Part shown: positions 1 through 20,680 of the stretch, one piece after another
Layout of the letters: each line of letters starts with the position of its first letter
Numbering within the stretch: the stretch's first letter is position 1
NCBI RefSeq assembly: GCF_009914755.1
Contig: NC_060934.1
Origin: the human T2T-CHM13v2.0 reference genome, Homo sapiens
DNA length: 64,000 bases
Strand: one strand, 5' to 3'
Made by a program: the position numbers and the translations under genes
The notes under the pieces: model-generated
Databases searched by the model: none
Told to the model about the DNA's origin: nothing
What the model saw: only the letters and a program-made list of their open reading frames with translations

Positions 1-1362
1 TACGATGGTGCAATCTTGGCTCACTGCAACCTCCGCTTCCCAGGTTCAAGTGATTTGCCTGCCTCAGCCTTCCTGAGTAGCTGGGATTGACAGGCATGCG
101 CCACCATGCCCGCCTAATTTTATGTTTTTAGTAGAGACGGGGTTTCTCCATGTTGGTCAGGCTGGTCCCAAACTCCTGACCTCAGGTGATCCACCCGCCT
201 CAGCCTCCCAAAGTGCTGGGATTACAGGCATGAGCCACCGCGCCCGGCCAAGTTGAAGCTCTTCTATTCCAACAGGAATGAAACAGGAATCCTATCACTG
301 AACTGCAAGTTCTTATTGTATAATCAGGTCTCTGGCCTGATAAAATGCTCCAAAGGCAGAGAAAGGTATTTTATCAAGTATGAATAGCTTACATCCTGTT
401 CTTGGTTTACCTAAGGCTTACTGCCTAATATTTGCCTTTGCAACAGTAGTTAGTTGACTCTTCGTTTTCTAAGTGTTAATGGAGCTTGAGCTATTTTTAC
501 ATCTGATGAAAAGTTTTGTGATTCCACACATCAACCCAAATTGCCTAATTTAATGAAAGTGATTGTAAGGAACAATCAGCTTTAAATGTGTCAAGGAAGG
601 CTAAGTGCAAGGCTTATCACCCCAGCTTCTCTAACCCATGGCCTGCCACATTAGAAAAGGCATGCAAAGCCCCTCAAATTATTTTAATATGCACAACTCC
701 ATCCCAAACTACAATTGAGAACTGCTCCCCAGCAATAACGGTAATATTTGTTGGGCCCTTGCTCTGCTCCAAACGTTTTCTATGCAATGTATAGACAAAT
801 ATCTTATGACAGAAGCACTATTATCATCCATACTTTACAGATGAGGAAACTGAGGCACTGAGAAATTAAGCCACTTTCCCAAGGTAACACTGCTAGGAAG
901 AGATGAGGTCAAAATTCAAACCCAGGCAGTCAAGCCCTAAAGTCTATACTTTTGATCAATATTATATACATAGCCTTCCTAGTAATAGTTGCCCAAAGTG
1001 GGCTAGGACCATAGGACCACCACCCAGAGGCAAGTCCTTATGCATTTCAACACAGCTCACTCAATAAATGGATCTAATCACTAAATTAGGCCTGAGAATA
1101 AAAAGAATCTCATAATTCTATCAAAGGAAAGTGGTTTTAACATCTGCCTTTTCTAGCCAGGCACAGTGGCTCATGCCTGAAATCTCAGCACTTTGGGAAG
1201 CCAAAGCGGAAGGATCGCTTGAGGCCAGGAGTTCAAGACCAGCCTGGGCAACTTAGACCAGTTCAAGACCAGCCTGGCAAACATGTTTCTTTTTGTAGAG
1301 AAAAAAACCAACATAATTGAGTTTTTTTTCTCTACAAAAAAAAAAACAAAACCCACAATATC

Positions 1363-2460
1363 TGCCTTTTTTTAGATATGACACCAAAAGCATAATCCAT
1401 AAAAGAAAAAAAAATGGATAAAGTGAACTTAATCAAAATTTAAAACTTGTGCTTCAACAGATATCATCAAGAAAATGAAAAGATAAGCCACAGAGAAAAA
1501 TATTTGGGAGAAAAACATTTGCAAATCCTACATCTGATAAATATAAACATAAAAAATTCTTAAAGTTCAACAATAAAAAGATACATAATCCAATTTTAAA
1601 ATAAGCTAAAGATTTGAACAGATATTTTCCCAAAGAGGATATACTAATGGCTAACAAACTTATGAAAAGAGGCTCAACATCATTAGTCATTAAAGAAACG
1701 CAAATCAAAACCAAAATGAGATATCACCTCACACCCATCAGAATTATTATAATCAAAAAGATAAACAATAACAAGTGTAGATGAGGATATGGAAAAACCG
1801 AGCAGCCACTTTGTAAAATATAAATTTGTAAAACAGCACGGCCACTTTGGAAAACAGTTTGGCAGTTACTCAAAAAATTAAACATAAATTTACAAAAATT
1901 CATACAAAAAAAATACAATGCAGCCATTTCACTCCTAGGATTCTACCCAACGAAATGAAAACAAAGATCCACCTCAAGATGTGTACATGAAATCTCACAG
2001 CAGTATTATTTATAATAGCCAAAGAGTAGGAACAATCCACAAGTCCACCAACTGGTGAATGAATAAACAAAATGTAGGCTAGCCATATATGCAACACTAT
2101 TCGGAAATCAAAAGTAATGAACTACTAACACATGCAAAAACATAGATAAGCCTCAAAATATTATGCTAAATAAAAGAAGCCAGATGCAAAAGACTACGTA
2201 TTATATGATTCTATCTACATGAAATGTCCAGAAAGGACAAATCTAAAGAGACTGAAAGCAGGTTAACAGTTGCCTGTGGTGAGGAGTGGGGCGGCAAACA
2301 GGCACAAGGGATCTTTTTAGGGTGATGGAAATGTTCTAAAGCTGAATTGTGGTAATGACTGCACAACTCTGTAAATTTATTTAAAATCACTAAATTGTAC
2401 ACTTAAAATGAATTAATTTTATGGTATGTAAATTATACCTTAATGAAGCTGTTAAATAAG
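1363..2460 (+). mobile_element. Old L1M 3' fragment
   Basis: L1 ORF2-end and 3'UTR motifs (AAAGATTTGAACAGATATTT, CACTTTGGAAAACAGTTTGGCAG, AAAGAAGCCAGA...TATATGATT). Confidence 0.8.
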
Positions 2461-2806
2461 TTGTGTCTATGTCTTTTTTTTTTTTTTTTTTAAGACAAGG
2501 TCTCCTCTGTCACCCAAGCTGGGGTGCAGTGGCATGATCATGAATCCTGCAGCCTCAAACTCCTGGCCTCAAGCGATCCTCTCTCCTCAGCCTCCCTGTG
2601 GCTGGGACTACAAGCTCACATCACCACACCTAGCTAATTTTTTTTAAATTTTTGTAGAAATGGGGTCTCATTATGTTGCCCAGGCTGGTTTCAAACTCCT
2701 GGCCTTAAGCAGGCCTCCCACCTGAAGCTACCACACCTGGCTAGCTCACTGGTGGTGGCTTACCCCTGTAATCCCAGCACTTTGGGAGGCCGAGGCAGGG
2801 GGATCA

Positions 2807-3079
<273 letters not shown>

Positions 3080-3403
3080 TCAAAATGCTATTGAACAATA
3101 GGCAAAAGACAGACACTTCACATGAATAAAGATATAAAAATGACTCGAACATGTAGAAAGACATATAATTTTGCTCATTTAAAAAATGCAAATTAAAACT
3201 ACACTGAATATCATTTCTCACCCATCAAACTGACAAAAAATCAAAAGCTTCACAATACACTCTGTTGGAGAGGCTGTAGGGACACAGGCACTTTCATACA
3301 TTGCTAGCAGAAATGCAAAATGGTACAATCCCTGTGGAGGGAAATTTGGCAATATCTAACAAAACAAAAGACACTATAAATAAGTATTTACCATCTGACC
3401 CAA

Positions 3404-3796
3404 TGCTCTAGACTGAATTGTGTGCCCCCCAAATTCATATGCTGAAGCCCTTCCACTCAATGTAAATGTATTTGGAGACAGGGCCTTTTGGGGATAAAGT
3501 TAAACAAGGCCATAAGGGTGGGGTCCTAATCCAACAGGACTGGTGTCTTTATTCAGAAGAAGAAACACCATGAGTGAGAAAGCACAGAGAAAAGGCCGGC
3601 AAAGAGAAACAGTCGCATGAGGACACAGCAAGCAGGTGGCCATCTGCAAGCCAGGAAGAGGCTATAGCAGAAAGCAACCCTGCCAGCACCTTGATCTTAG
3701 TCTTCCAAGTTCTAGAGCTAAGAGAAAACAAATTTCTATTGTTTAAGCCACCCAGTCTGTGGTATTCTATGACAGCAGCCTGAGCAGATTAATATA
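3404..3796 (+). mobile_element. MaLR LTR (MLT1A-like)
   Basis: Typical MLT1 blocks: GACTGAATTGTGTGCCCCCCAAATTCATATG, GTATTTGGAGA, GCCAGCACCTTGATCTT, TTTAAGCCACCCAGTCTGTGGTA. Confidence 0.8.
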
Positions 3797-4662
3797 CCCA
3801 ACAATCCTACTTCTAGGAATTTATCCTGAAGATACATCAACAACGTAAAATATGTATGCATGAGGTTAGACATTACAGCATTACTGCAGAACACTTAAAT
3901 GCTCAAGTATAGAATGGTTGCAAACTATGTATAAACACATGTATACAATGATCTGGAGTGATATTTCAGGACCTATTATTAAATGAGAAATGCAAAGTGC
4001 AGGACAGGGCGGGTTGCCTCACACCTGCAATCCCAGCACTTTGGGAGGTCAAGGTGGGCAGATCACTTGAGACCAGCCCGGGTAACAAGGTGAAACCCCG
4101 TCTACACAAGAAATACAAAAATTAGCCGGGTGTGGTGGCACATGCATGCCGGTAGTTCCAGCTACTCAGGAGGCTGAAGTGGGAGGATCACTTGAGTCCC
4201 AGAGGTCGGGGCTACAGTGAGCTGTGATAGTGCCACTGCACTCCAGCCTGAGTGACAGAGCAAGATCCTGTCTCAAAAAAAAAGACAAGTGCAGAAGAGC
4301 TTCTATACTTGCTACCATTTAAGAAAGAAGGGAAAATAAGAAAACATACATTAATATATATATGCTTATTTTTACAAAAAAAACACAGGACAAATAAACC
4401 AGAAAACAATGATATTGGTCACCCACAAGGGATGAAGGAGAAAGGGGCAGAAAGAATACAAGAATGTGTGACACTTCTGGGTATGTATGCCTCTTACATA
4501 GTTTTGACTTTTGGAAGCACGTTAATGGTCTACATATTCAAACATAAAATAAACAAGTATGGAAAAGGGAAAGAAACCTAATTTGAAAGTAAACTAAAAA
4601 TAAACCCAACTGTATTTTAAATGAATATCAAATCCACACTAGAGGGGGTTAAGAAAGAATCA

Positions 4663-4821
<159 letters not shown>

Positions 4822-5997
4822 TCACGTGCCTGTAATCCCAGCTACTCAAGAAGCTGAGGCAGGAGAATTGCTTGAACCCAGGAGGAAGACGTTGCAGTGA
4901 GACAAGATCGTGCCATTGCACTAAAGCCTGGGCGACAAGAGTGAAACTCCGTCTCAAAGAAAAAAAAAAAAATCAGGCAAGAATCATTAAAGGATGTTAA
5001 ATCTAAGGAGAAATTTTGTTGAGGAGCAGAATATTTGCATAGTCTTAAAATGTCCTCTTCTAGACTGCTTATCGGTTGAAAGGTAAAAATATAGTAACTA
5101 TAAAGAAATTAATCAACACTGACTGGATGGTGTCAAAATTAACATCACCAATGAGGGACACTGTATACTCTAAGAAGGACACATTATCACCTATGCAATG
5201 CTCCATCCAGGAATGCCTAAGTCTACTCATGAGGAAATGCCAGACAGATCAAAAGTGAGAAGCATTCTATTTAAAAAGCCAATGTCAAGAAAGACAAAGA
5301 GCCGGCGTGGCACCGTGCCTGGAATCCTGGCTACTCAGGAGGATCACTTGAGCCCAGGAGTTCAAGGTGCAGTGGTGCTCACAGCACCGCACTACACCCT
5401 GGGTGACAGCAGAGTGAGACTGTATCTCAAAAAAAAAAAAAAAAAAAAGAAAGAAAGGCAGACAAAGAAAGCCTGTGGAAATGTTCCAGATTCAAGGAGG
5501 CTAGAAACATGACAATTAAATACAACACCTAATCCTAGACTGAATCCCAAACTAGAGAGGGAAAAAATGCTACAAAGGATATTACTGGATTAAGTGACAA
5601 AATTTGAACGTGGATGGTAAATTAGATAAAACTATCAATGTTAAACGTATTGAGGTTGAGAACTATAACATTATTATGCAAAAAAAAAATTTTGCCAGAC
5701 ACAGTGGTGCACGCCTATAGTCTCAGCTGCTCAGGAGGCTGAGGGGATAGCTTGAGACCAGGAATTCAAAACTAGCCTGGACAACATAGCAAGATCCCAC
5801 CCCCCCCAATATTTTTAATTAAAATATTTTGAAATATTTAGGGTTAAAGGGCTATGACATGTGCAACTCACTCTAAAGCAGTTGAGAAAGATAAAAATGG
5901 AATACGAAAACAAATAGTGAAATATTAACAATAGGTGAATCTGAATAAAGGATACTATTCTTTTCTTCAACTTTTCTGTGAGTTTAAAACTACTTCC

Positions 5998-6690
<693 letters not shown>

Positions 6691-7113
6691 TGCCCCCTTC
6701 CCAAAATGTTTTTTAAGGCATCTTTGGGGAAATACACTTGGGTGATAAAACTAAAGAAAACTAAGGATGTGATTACTGTAAAAGTTGGGACAGTGGTTAC
6801 CCTTCAGGGGAAGAAGACAAAGGCAAGACAAGGAAGTCTAGGGTGCTGATAAGATTGTATCTCCAGCCTACACGGTGGTTATAAAAGCATCCATTTGTTC
6901 TGTATCGTCTTCTGATGTGTGTTACATTTAACAATTTTGAAGTTTTTTTAGAAAAACTCTAAGCACAAGGCTGGGTGCAGTGGCTCACGCCTGTAATCCC
7001 AGCACTTTGGGAGGCCGAGGCGGGCGGATCACGAGGTCAGGAGATCGAGACCAGCCTGGGCAACATGGTGAAACCCCGTCTCTACTAAAAATACAAAAAA
7101 TTAGCCAGGCCTA

Positions 7114-7278
<165 letters not shown>

Positions 7279-7523
7279 CTAAGCACAAATAAAAGAGGAA
7301 ACAGTTTGTTTTTAAGCTTTTATAGATGTTGGGCTTTTTTTTCTTTTTTTCTTTTTCTTTTGTAGAAATGGGGTTGCGCTATGTTGACAAGGCTGGTCTT
7401 GAACTCCTGGCCTCAAGTGATCCGCTGGCCTCAGTCTCCCAAAGCGCTGGGATTACAGGCATGAGCCACTGCACCCAGCCCAATGTTGAGATGTTTTAAA
7501 GGTAAAATTACACTAGTTCCTCT

Positions 7524-7865
7524 AAAAATATATAATATATATATTATATATAATATTTTTATATTATATATATTACATATATTATATATTTTTATATTAT
7601 ATATTATATTTTTATATTATATATTATATATTATATTTTTATATTATATATAATATATATTTTATATTTTTATATTATATATAATATTTTTATATTATAT
7701 ATATTATATATTATATTTTTATATTATATATATTATATATTATATTTTTATATTATATATTATATATTTTATATTATATATTATATTTTATATTTTTATA
7801 TATGTTATATACAATATTTTTATATTATATATATATTTCTTATATTTTTTTATATATAAAATATA
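7524..7865. repeat. AT-rich low-complexity minisatellite-like tract
   Basis: About 340 nt almost free of G/C, built from TATATTATA and TATTTTTA units. Confidence 0.95.
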
Positions 7866-10800
7866 GTGACTAGAGAGAGAAAAATGAGGGAAAGAAATGC
7901 CCTGTCACTAGCATGCCAAATCAAGACTTAACTAGTAGAGCCAGACTCAATTCTAAAGGCCTGAAAGTGCACACAAGTACCTTTCTAGACCTGGAAATGA
8001 CTAGGAAACATAAGGGGAAAATGGCCTAATGGTTTAAAATTCCCAGCTTACTATCTCAGTCACTTTGATATTCCATTGCTCTTTCTTCCTTTTTCTTTCT
8101 CTTTATTCTTCAACTTTCTCTTGCATAAATTTGCTCTAATACCCAGCTAGAAAAAGGAAGTTCTACAACTTTGCTTTCCCTGCCTTACCCTTTGGGAGCC
8201 TAGCACTCTAGTCAACTTGAGTTTACTTGCCAAGAAAACACCAAAACACCAAGTACTGGGAAACAAAACACACAGAAGGCAATGGAGCAAGACAAGGTAC
8301 AGACAGGACACCTAAGGGTCACACGATCGAAAGTCCTTTTTGGAATTATGAGTCATAAGGGTTCAAATAATCCTTAACTCTACTGTAGACTATATAATTT
8401 ACAAGTAACTCCACTGGACAGTCTTTTAATGAATGGAGAAACGCTCTAAATTCTGCCCTACCTCACAATGCCATCTACCAAGAGAAACTTTTCTCTTACT
8501 GAATTATCTAAATTTAATTTGGAACCAAACAACCTTCAAGGCAACGGCATAAATCTCTAGAGCCACTGTTTTTCTTTGCTCGGAATATATCATCATATTC
8601 CTGCCCCAAGCCCATTCACTGAGATGAATGAAGACCAACGAACATCAAATTCTTTACTGCAGGGGTTTAATTACACTGGGCCCTGCTCCAAGCTTGCCAT
8701 TACTTGGAGCTGGAACTATCTTACTCCATTAGGTTGGCCACCCAGGCTGGCGCCTGAAAGTTCTAATGGTATTGGCCTTCCACCCAGCAGGGAGAAGCAA
8801 AGAGTGAAGTAACAGGAATTTCCTGGGGCAGTTTTGTTTATGAAAATAAACATGTTTCTTTATGACTAAGTCACAACATCACTAAGCCTCAGTTTCTTTC
8901 TTGTTAAATAAGGCCTCATCCATGCATGCGAAAGCTTCCTCTAAAGAAAACTTATGTACATGCCTAAGTCACAGTTCACCGAGTTCAAGGTCATGTCCTG
9001 ACTCATCAGTCCTGAGTGCATGGAGCTTAGCCCTCTCATTCAAACTGCAGCTCATGATTTACCACTAGCAGTCACCACATCATCACAGGCCCTTCACTGG
9101 CATCACTTTTAATCCAGCACCCTGGGCTCGAGTGGGGCAGAACTGCTAATAATACTATCAGTAGGAACAATTAACAAGACATAATAAAATCTACACATAT
9201 CAAGCTTGGGGAAAAGGGCAGTAGACAGCAGTATGGATTGGTCCATCATGAAGCATTCTCTGCTTCCTTAAAGCTCAACCATCCTTTCCATGAGATGGGA
9301 TACAACACAGGTGCAACTGCCAGAGCTGTCAGCAAGTAGAAGGGAGGCCTCTCTCCAGACATAGACCTGTAAGCTCACACTCCACTACATGCTAGTGAAG
9401 AATCTGATCCAAATGTGTAGCACCCAGAATGTAAATAATTTATAGCTCTCTGCCTTGGTGGTACATGCCAATTGCCAGAGACAAAAAATAATTCTCAAAT
9501 CATATTCACATATATCATCTTTTAGGAACTCCAGGTATAACAAACGTTTGTGCCTTTAACCTGGAGTAGAGAGCCTAGGGTTCTAATTCTAACTTTGTCA
9601 CAAACCAGCTGTAATTAGGCAAGTCATGTCACTTCTCTAGCCTCGGCTTCCTCCTCTGTAAAATAAGGGAGGTGGCCTGGTTTACCTGTAAGTCAAAGGA
9701 CCTACAAACTTTTTACATGTTCCCACAAAACCTAAATAATTATCTGCTAACAAAATAGATTATGTGTGAGGGATCTACCAATTCACTTTCTGATATTCTA
9801 TGCAAAGAAAAAGAGAAAATATGCATGCTTCCCCTATACTCGTTGTATTTTCTTTCTTTTTTTATGGCCAAATCTTGTAGAACTGTTTCTGGGCAGGTGA
9901 TATGAAGTTCATTCATCTAAAGAAGTTATTCAAATAAGGCAAAGTGATGAAAAGAGCATTTGGCTGTGCAACCAGACAGGCCTATGTTCAAATTCTGCCA
10001 CCTATCAGCAGCATGACCCTAGGTGAGTTACTCAGTTGCTATGAAGCTTAATTTCATCATCTATAAAACAGACAATACTTCTGTCTCAGGTTTGCTCTGC
10101 AGATGAAACACATATGAAGTCTCTGGCACACAGTAGTATGGAATAAATACAAGCTTCCCCCTCTTCCTTTTTACATGACTGTGCAGCACTAGACAAATGC
10201 CATCTTTGCTCTCCCTTTTAAAGCAGCACTGGAAGCTAAATTAGGCTCTGCTGAGTCATTTCCATTATTCTTTAAGAATGTTCAGAAAAGCTGACTTTGA
10301 TTTGCAAGTCACTATGTGTTATTAACGAAATACTGTGTTAAGCTGTATAAGCTTTAGAAAAAAGGGTTTTGTTTCTCCTGGCTTATAAATTCTATTTATT
10401 CATACATAATTACAAGAAAGTGGAGAGGTTCTTAAAACGTGGACAAACATTCAAGCATGGGCTTTTATACTGACCAGAGAAAAGAACTTCTCATGCATTG
10501 TCTAAAGATCTTTACCCATTAAAGAGGAGTGAAGAGCATCTCCCCTCACTAAAGGATGCACCACCCCACTTACCTTAGATGAGCACAAAGAATCCTTCAG
10601 CCTACTCTTCTAAAAACTTCACTATTCCTCCATAGTTACTTGAAAGCACTAGTTAGCAAGGCATCTACTCAACTTACATTTATTCCCAAAGACAGACCCT
10701 GGTTCCTCTCACGTTTCTGATGGGTTAACAGCGCAAGAGAGATCTGTTGCTGCTTCTTAATGCCACTCCTTCCTTCCCCTCCATTTTGTAACCCATGGGA

Positions 10801-11344
10801 TTACTACAAGTCTTACTTGGTACAGCAATAATTACAATTATAACAACAATAACATTCATTCGGCACTATGTGCCATGCTCTGCTCCAAACACCTTAAACT
10901 TATTAACTCATTTACTCTTCATATCAACACTGTAACATTAATACCATTATTATCCCCACTTCAGAGCAGAACTCTGAAATATCTTTGGAATATATCCCCT
11001 CCTGAATATGCCACAAACCCTATTCTTCTTTCAATAGACAGTATCGATAGCCTCCCAACTGGTACCTGCCTTGGTGCCCAACTCCTTACCTCTCAAGACA
11101 TCCTCCACACTGCCTTCAATTTTTTTTCTGTGGTGCTAAGTTCATCACAGTCCTTGCTTAAAATCTTAACTAGTTTGTTTCTTTCTTTCTTTTGGAGACA
11201 GGGTCTCGCTCTGTCACCCAGGCTAGAGTGCAGTGGCACAATCATGGCTACTGTAACCTCTATCTCTGGACTCAAGCAATCCTCCTCCCACATCAGCCTC
11301 CCAAGTAGCTGGGACCTCAGGTACACACCACCATGCCTGGCTAA

Positions 11345-11479
<135 letters not shown>

Positions 11480-13070
11480 TAACTATTTTCTTACTCTCTA
11501 TAGGATATTACATTCAAAATCCTTAACCCACACAAGAGCTTTCACAACTTGGGTGCCATGTCATTTCCACTCTTAACTCCTACCTCTTCCTTACTCTACC
11601 TCTTTCTAAGTACCAGCCTTAACAAATTCCTCACTCTCCCCTGAATACCTCACAAGTGACATTTCCTCTGCGCAGAATGCTCCCTGCCCCCATTTGCCAG
11701 CCTGGCACAAACTCCTGTCCCTTCCAGACTGTTCAATTGTCAGCTCCCTTATCAAGCCTTCTGCAACCACTAAAGAATTTCTCCTCTGGGTACACACTGC
11801 ACTTATCTAGTAGCACTTATCTCACAACACGGTACCTATTTCTGGAAGAAGTCTATTTCCCACACCCTAGAGTATGGGATCCTTAAGAGTAGAGTCCATT
11901 GTTGGCACATAATATGTCCTATATGTTATATATACCTGGTATAAAGTAGACATTTAATAACTAGTGCATGAATCAATAAGACACAAAAACCTGTTCAAAA
12001 CTAGTATCTCCACCGAAATGGGACAATATATGAATCTTGTAAATATTTCCTTTTCTTACTTTCCTACCCAACTTGGTAGGTTTTACAATCAGAACTTGGG
12101 GCTTTTTACAATTTTCCTTACAACCAAAGACAACTATCCCATCTTCATTCTAAATCAGTTCAAAAGATAACTACAAATCCTACAACTACCCTTAAACATG
12201 AAAAATCCTAAATTATACACTAAAGCTTTTATATAAACATTTTCTTCTTCAGTGACTAATACTAACTGGAAAAAAAATCCTGCCTGAGGGAGTTAGGGGG
12301 ATGCAGACCCATTACCCATTCTGCCCAGTGTAAGCCTCCATGTTACAATATGAGCAGAATTATGTAGTTTCTGCAGCTATAACTGATTCAGGTTCTCTAG
12401 GCAGCCTGAGAAATCCCCTGTTGCTTCAGATGGATCTATAAGCCTTCAAATGTTCCACTGCACATGGTTTTGAATTACCGTTTTTCATTACTGATGTGCT
12501 TTCTACTGGACCCTGCTGTGAGATAAAGTGGAATTATAGCAGCATTACTAGCTAAAAAATGATTGAGAGATATACAAGGTTGTAATATACTTCTTGAACT
12601 TGCAGGCAATGAGACATCTTTGAATCTTAATGCAAGAGACGAAAGAATGAAAAAATAAGGTGCAGCTTATCTGCAGATCACACAGATGAAGAATACCTTG
12701 CTAATGTCTGTGAGCAGCTAAATCCTACATTAAATACTCAAGATTAGGGAACTGAAGCACAGGGATGATAGTGATAATGTCTGCAGTCAAACAATATTTC
12801 TTATATAACAGATGAACACAAAGAAAGGTGACTTCAGGGAATGCTATCCTAAAAGGTAAATTCAGTTAACATGAAGAGCCAAGGGTGAGGTCAAGGACAA
12901 GTCTGCTACCAAACAAAGAGGAAAAAGAGGCTGACTGTTTTAAAGGAAGAAAGAATTATGTTCAAGGAAGGATGATCAGAAGGATAGAATGAGACCTGAG
13001 CATAGAAAAGTTGCCTGTTGTACCAAAAATGTGACCTTCACAACAACGTTTAACAATGAAAATTAATAGC

Positions 13071-13620
13071 TGTGATAGAATTCTCAGACTGACCCCTAAT
13101 GACCTTTTACCCTGGTATAATCCAGGTTGTAGGTGGACCCTGTGGCTGTGATAATGTATGAATCCTACAAATTATATTATGTTCTATGGTACAGCGGACT
13201 TTAAGAGAGAGAGATTATCCCAATGAGACTAATCTATACCCATGAGCTGTTTAAAAAGCAGAGTCTTTGGCTGGTGGCAGAAGTCAGATCTGACACAAGA
13301 AGGATTTGGTGAAGCCAGAGCAGTCACGTGTCAAGGAAACGGCACTTTCAGACATATAGACACAAGGATCTGAATTCTGCCAACAACCTGAATGCACATG
13401 GAAGTTGATTCTTCCCAAGAGCCTCCAGATGAGATACCAGTCTGGTCAACATCTTGATTTTGGCCTTGTGAGACCCTAAGCAGACAACCCAGTCCAGCCC
13501 ACTGGGTCTTCCGACCTGCAGTACTATGAAACTACCAGAGAACTGTGAGATGATACATGGGTGTGGTTTTAGGCTGCTACGATTGTGGTAATTTTTTACA
13601 CAGCAATAGAAAACTCATAA
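13071..13620 (+). mobile_element. MaLR LTR (MLT1E-like)
   Basis: TGAATTCTGCCAACAACCTGAATG, GAGCCTCCAGATGAGA, AGAACTGTGAGAT, CAGCAATAGAAAACT. Confidence 0.75.
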
Positions 13621-15469
13621 GGTAGGGTAAACTATAACCTGGTATTTCAACAGAATCTTTCATATCAGAGATCCCAAAAGCACTTGACGTATTTGACATA
13701 AGCTATAAAGAAAAATAAATTTACCTTCTCAAAAAAAGAAATAAACATTAATAATATCAATTTTTTTTTTCAGAAGATGAAGAGTCTCACCTTCTTAAGT
13801 CCTGAACCAGGACTGAAGGCAGACATCTTAATGAACGTGTCCTTAGATAATATCTGATCCATATGACACTTCTTTTCAACAATTCGGGAAGAGTATATGA
13901 TTTGAATAATAACCCAAGCAAAAGTGGAAAGCTCTGCTGCTTGTTTTTGTTGTTGTTGTTGTTGTTTCCTGAGACAGGATCTTGCCTTGTTGTCCAGGCT
14001 GGCTAATTTTTGTATGTTTTGTAGACACAAGTTTTGGTTGCCCAGGCTGATCTCAAACTCTTGGGTTCAACTGATTCACCTGCCTTGGCCTCCCAAAGTG
14101 ATGGGATTACAGGTGTGAGCCACTGCGCCCGGCCTGCTGCTCTTTTTTAAACCCTCAAATACTGTCCAAATTATTACCGAATTCCAGTCAAGGCTGTTCT
14201 CACTTGAAAATGCCTGCTGAAAGATTGGTATAGTTGGTTAGCAGTTGGTCAGTTGATTAGCAAGCAACCATCAAAATGTCTTCAATTGTTTAACAGGATA
14301 TTTTTTTCCCATTCAAATAACTTTTCCTCAGTGACCCCTAGGACTGTCAACTATTTGTTCTATTGGATTAGAGCAGATGCTAGATCCTACGCAACTTCGT
14401 ATCACTGCTCTACTTAACACTGTGGCATCCACTAGCTGTGGCACCTTAGGCAAGTTACTCTCTCTAAGCTTCCATTCCTTCATCAGTGAAATGAGATATA
14501 AATACCTACCTCATAGGGAGGGACTGAAGATTAAACAAAATGAACATAGGAGACATTTAGAACACTGTCTAGCAAAATACAAAGCTCAATACATATTTGC
14601 TATTTTATACATCACTCAATTATCAATTGAGTGAATAAAAACAGTGGGACACTCAGGCTAATTTACAATATTATAGATTACTAGCAGAAAAAAAATGCAT
14701 GAACAGCAGCTTTATTCATAATATCCCATAAGTGGAAACAATCCAAATGTTCCAGTGGTGAAACTCAACTATTTTTAAAAAAACATAAAAATACTAATGA
14801 CAGAAAAGAAAAATACTTTAAAAGAACCGGCCGGGTACGGTGGCTCACACCTGTAATCTCGGCATTTTAGGAGGCCAAGGCAGGTGGATCACTTGAGGTC
14901 AGGAGTTTGAAACCAGCCTGGCCAACATGGTGAAACCCCATCTCTACTAAAAATATACAAAAATTAGCCAGGCATGTTGGCACATGCCTATAATTCCAGC
15001 TAACCAGGAGGCTGAGGCATAAGAACTGCTTGAACCCAGGGAGCAGAGGTTGCAGTAAGCCAAGGTTGTGCCACTGCACTCCAGCCTGGGCAACAGAGCG
15101 AGACCCCGTCTTAAAAAGAAAAAAAGAAAAAAAAAAGAACCAAATGGAACTTCAAGAGATAAAAAAATAAAAGAGCTACCCAGGCACGGTGGATCACACC
15201 TGTAATCCCAGCACTTTGGTAGGCCTAGGCAGGCAGATCACTTGAGGCCAGGAGTTCAGGACCAGTCTTACAAATATGGTGAAACCTTGTCTCTACTAAA
15301 AATACAAAAATTAGCCAAGTGTGGTGGTGTGTGCCTGTAATCCCAGCTACTCAGGTGGCTGAGGCACAAGAATCACTTGAACTCAGGAGGCGGAGGTTGC
15401 AGTGAGCCAAGATCGCACCACTGCATTCCAGCCTGAGCAACAGAATGAGACTCTGTCTCAAAAAATATA

Positions 15470-20680
<5,211 letters not shown>

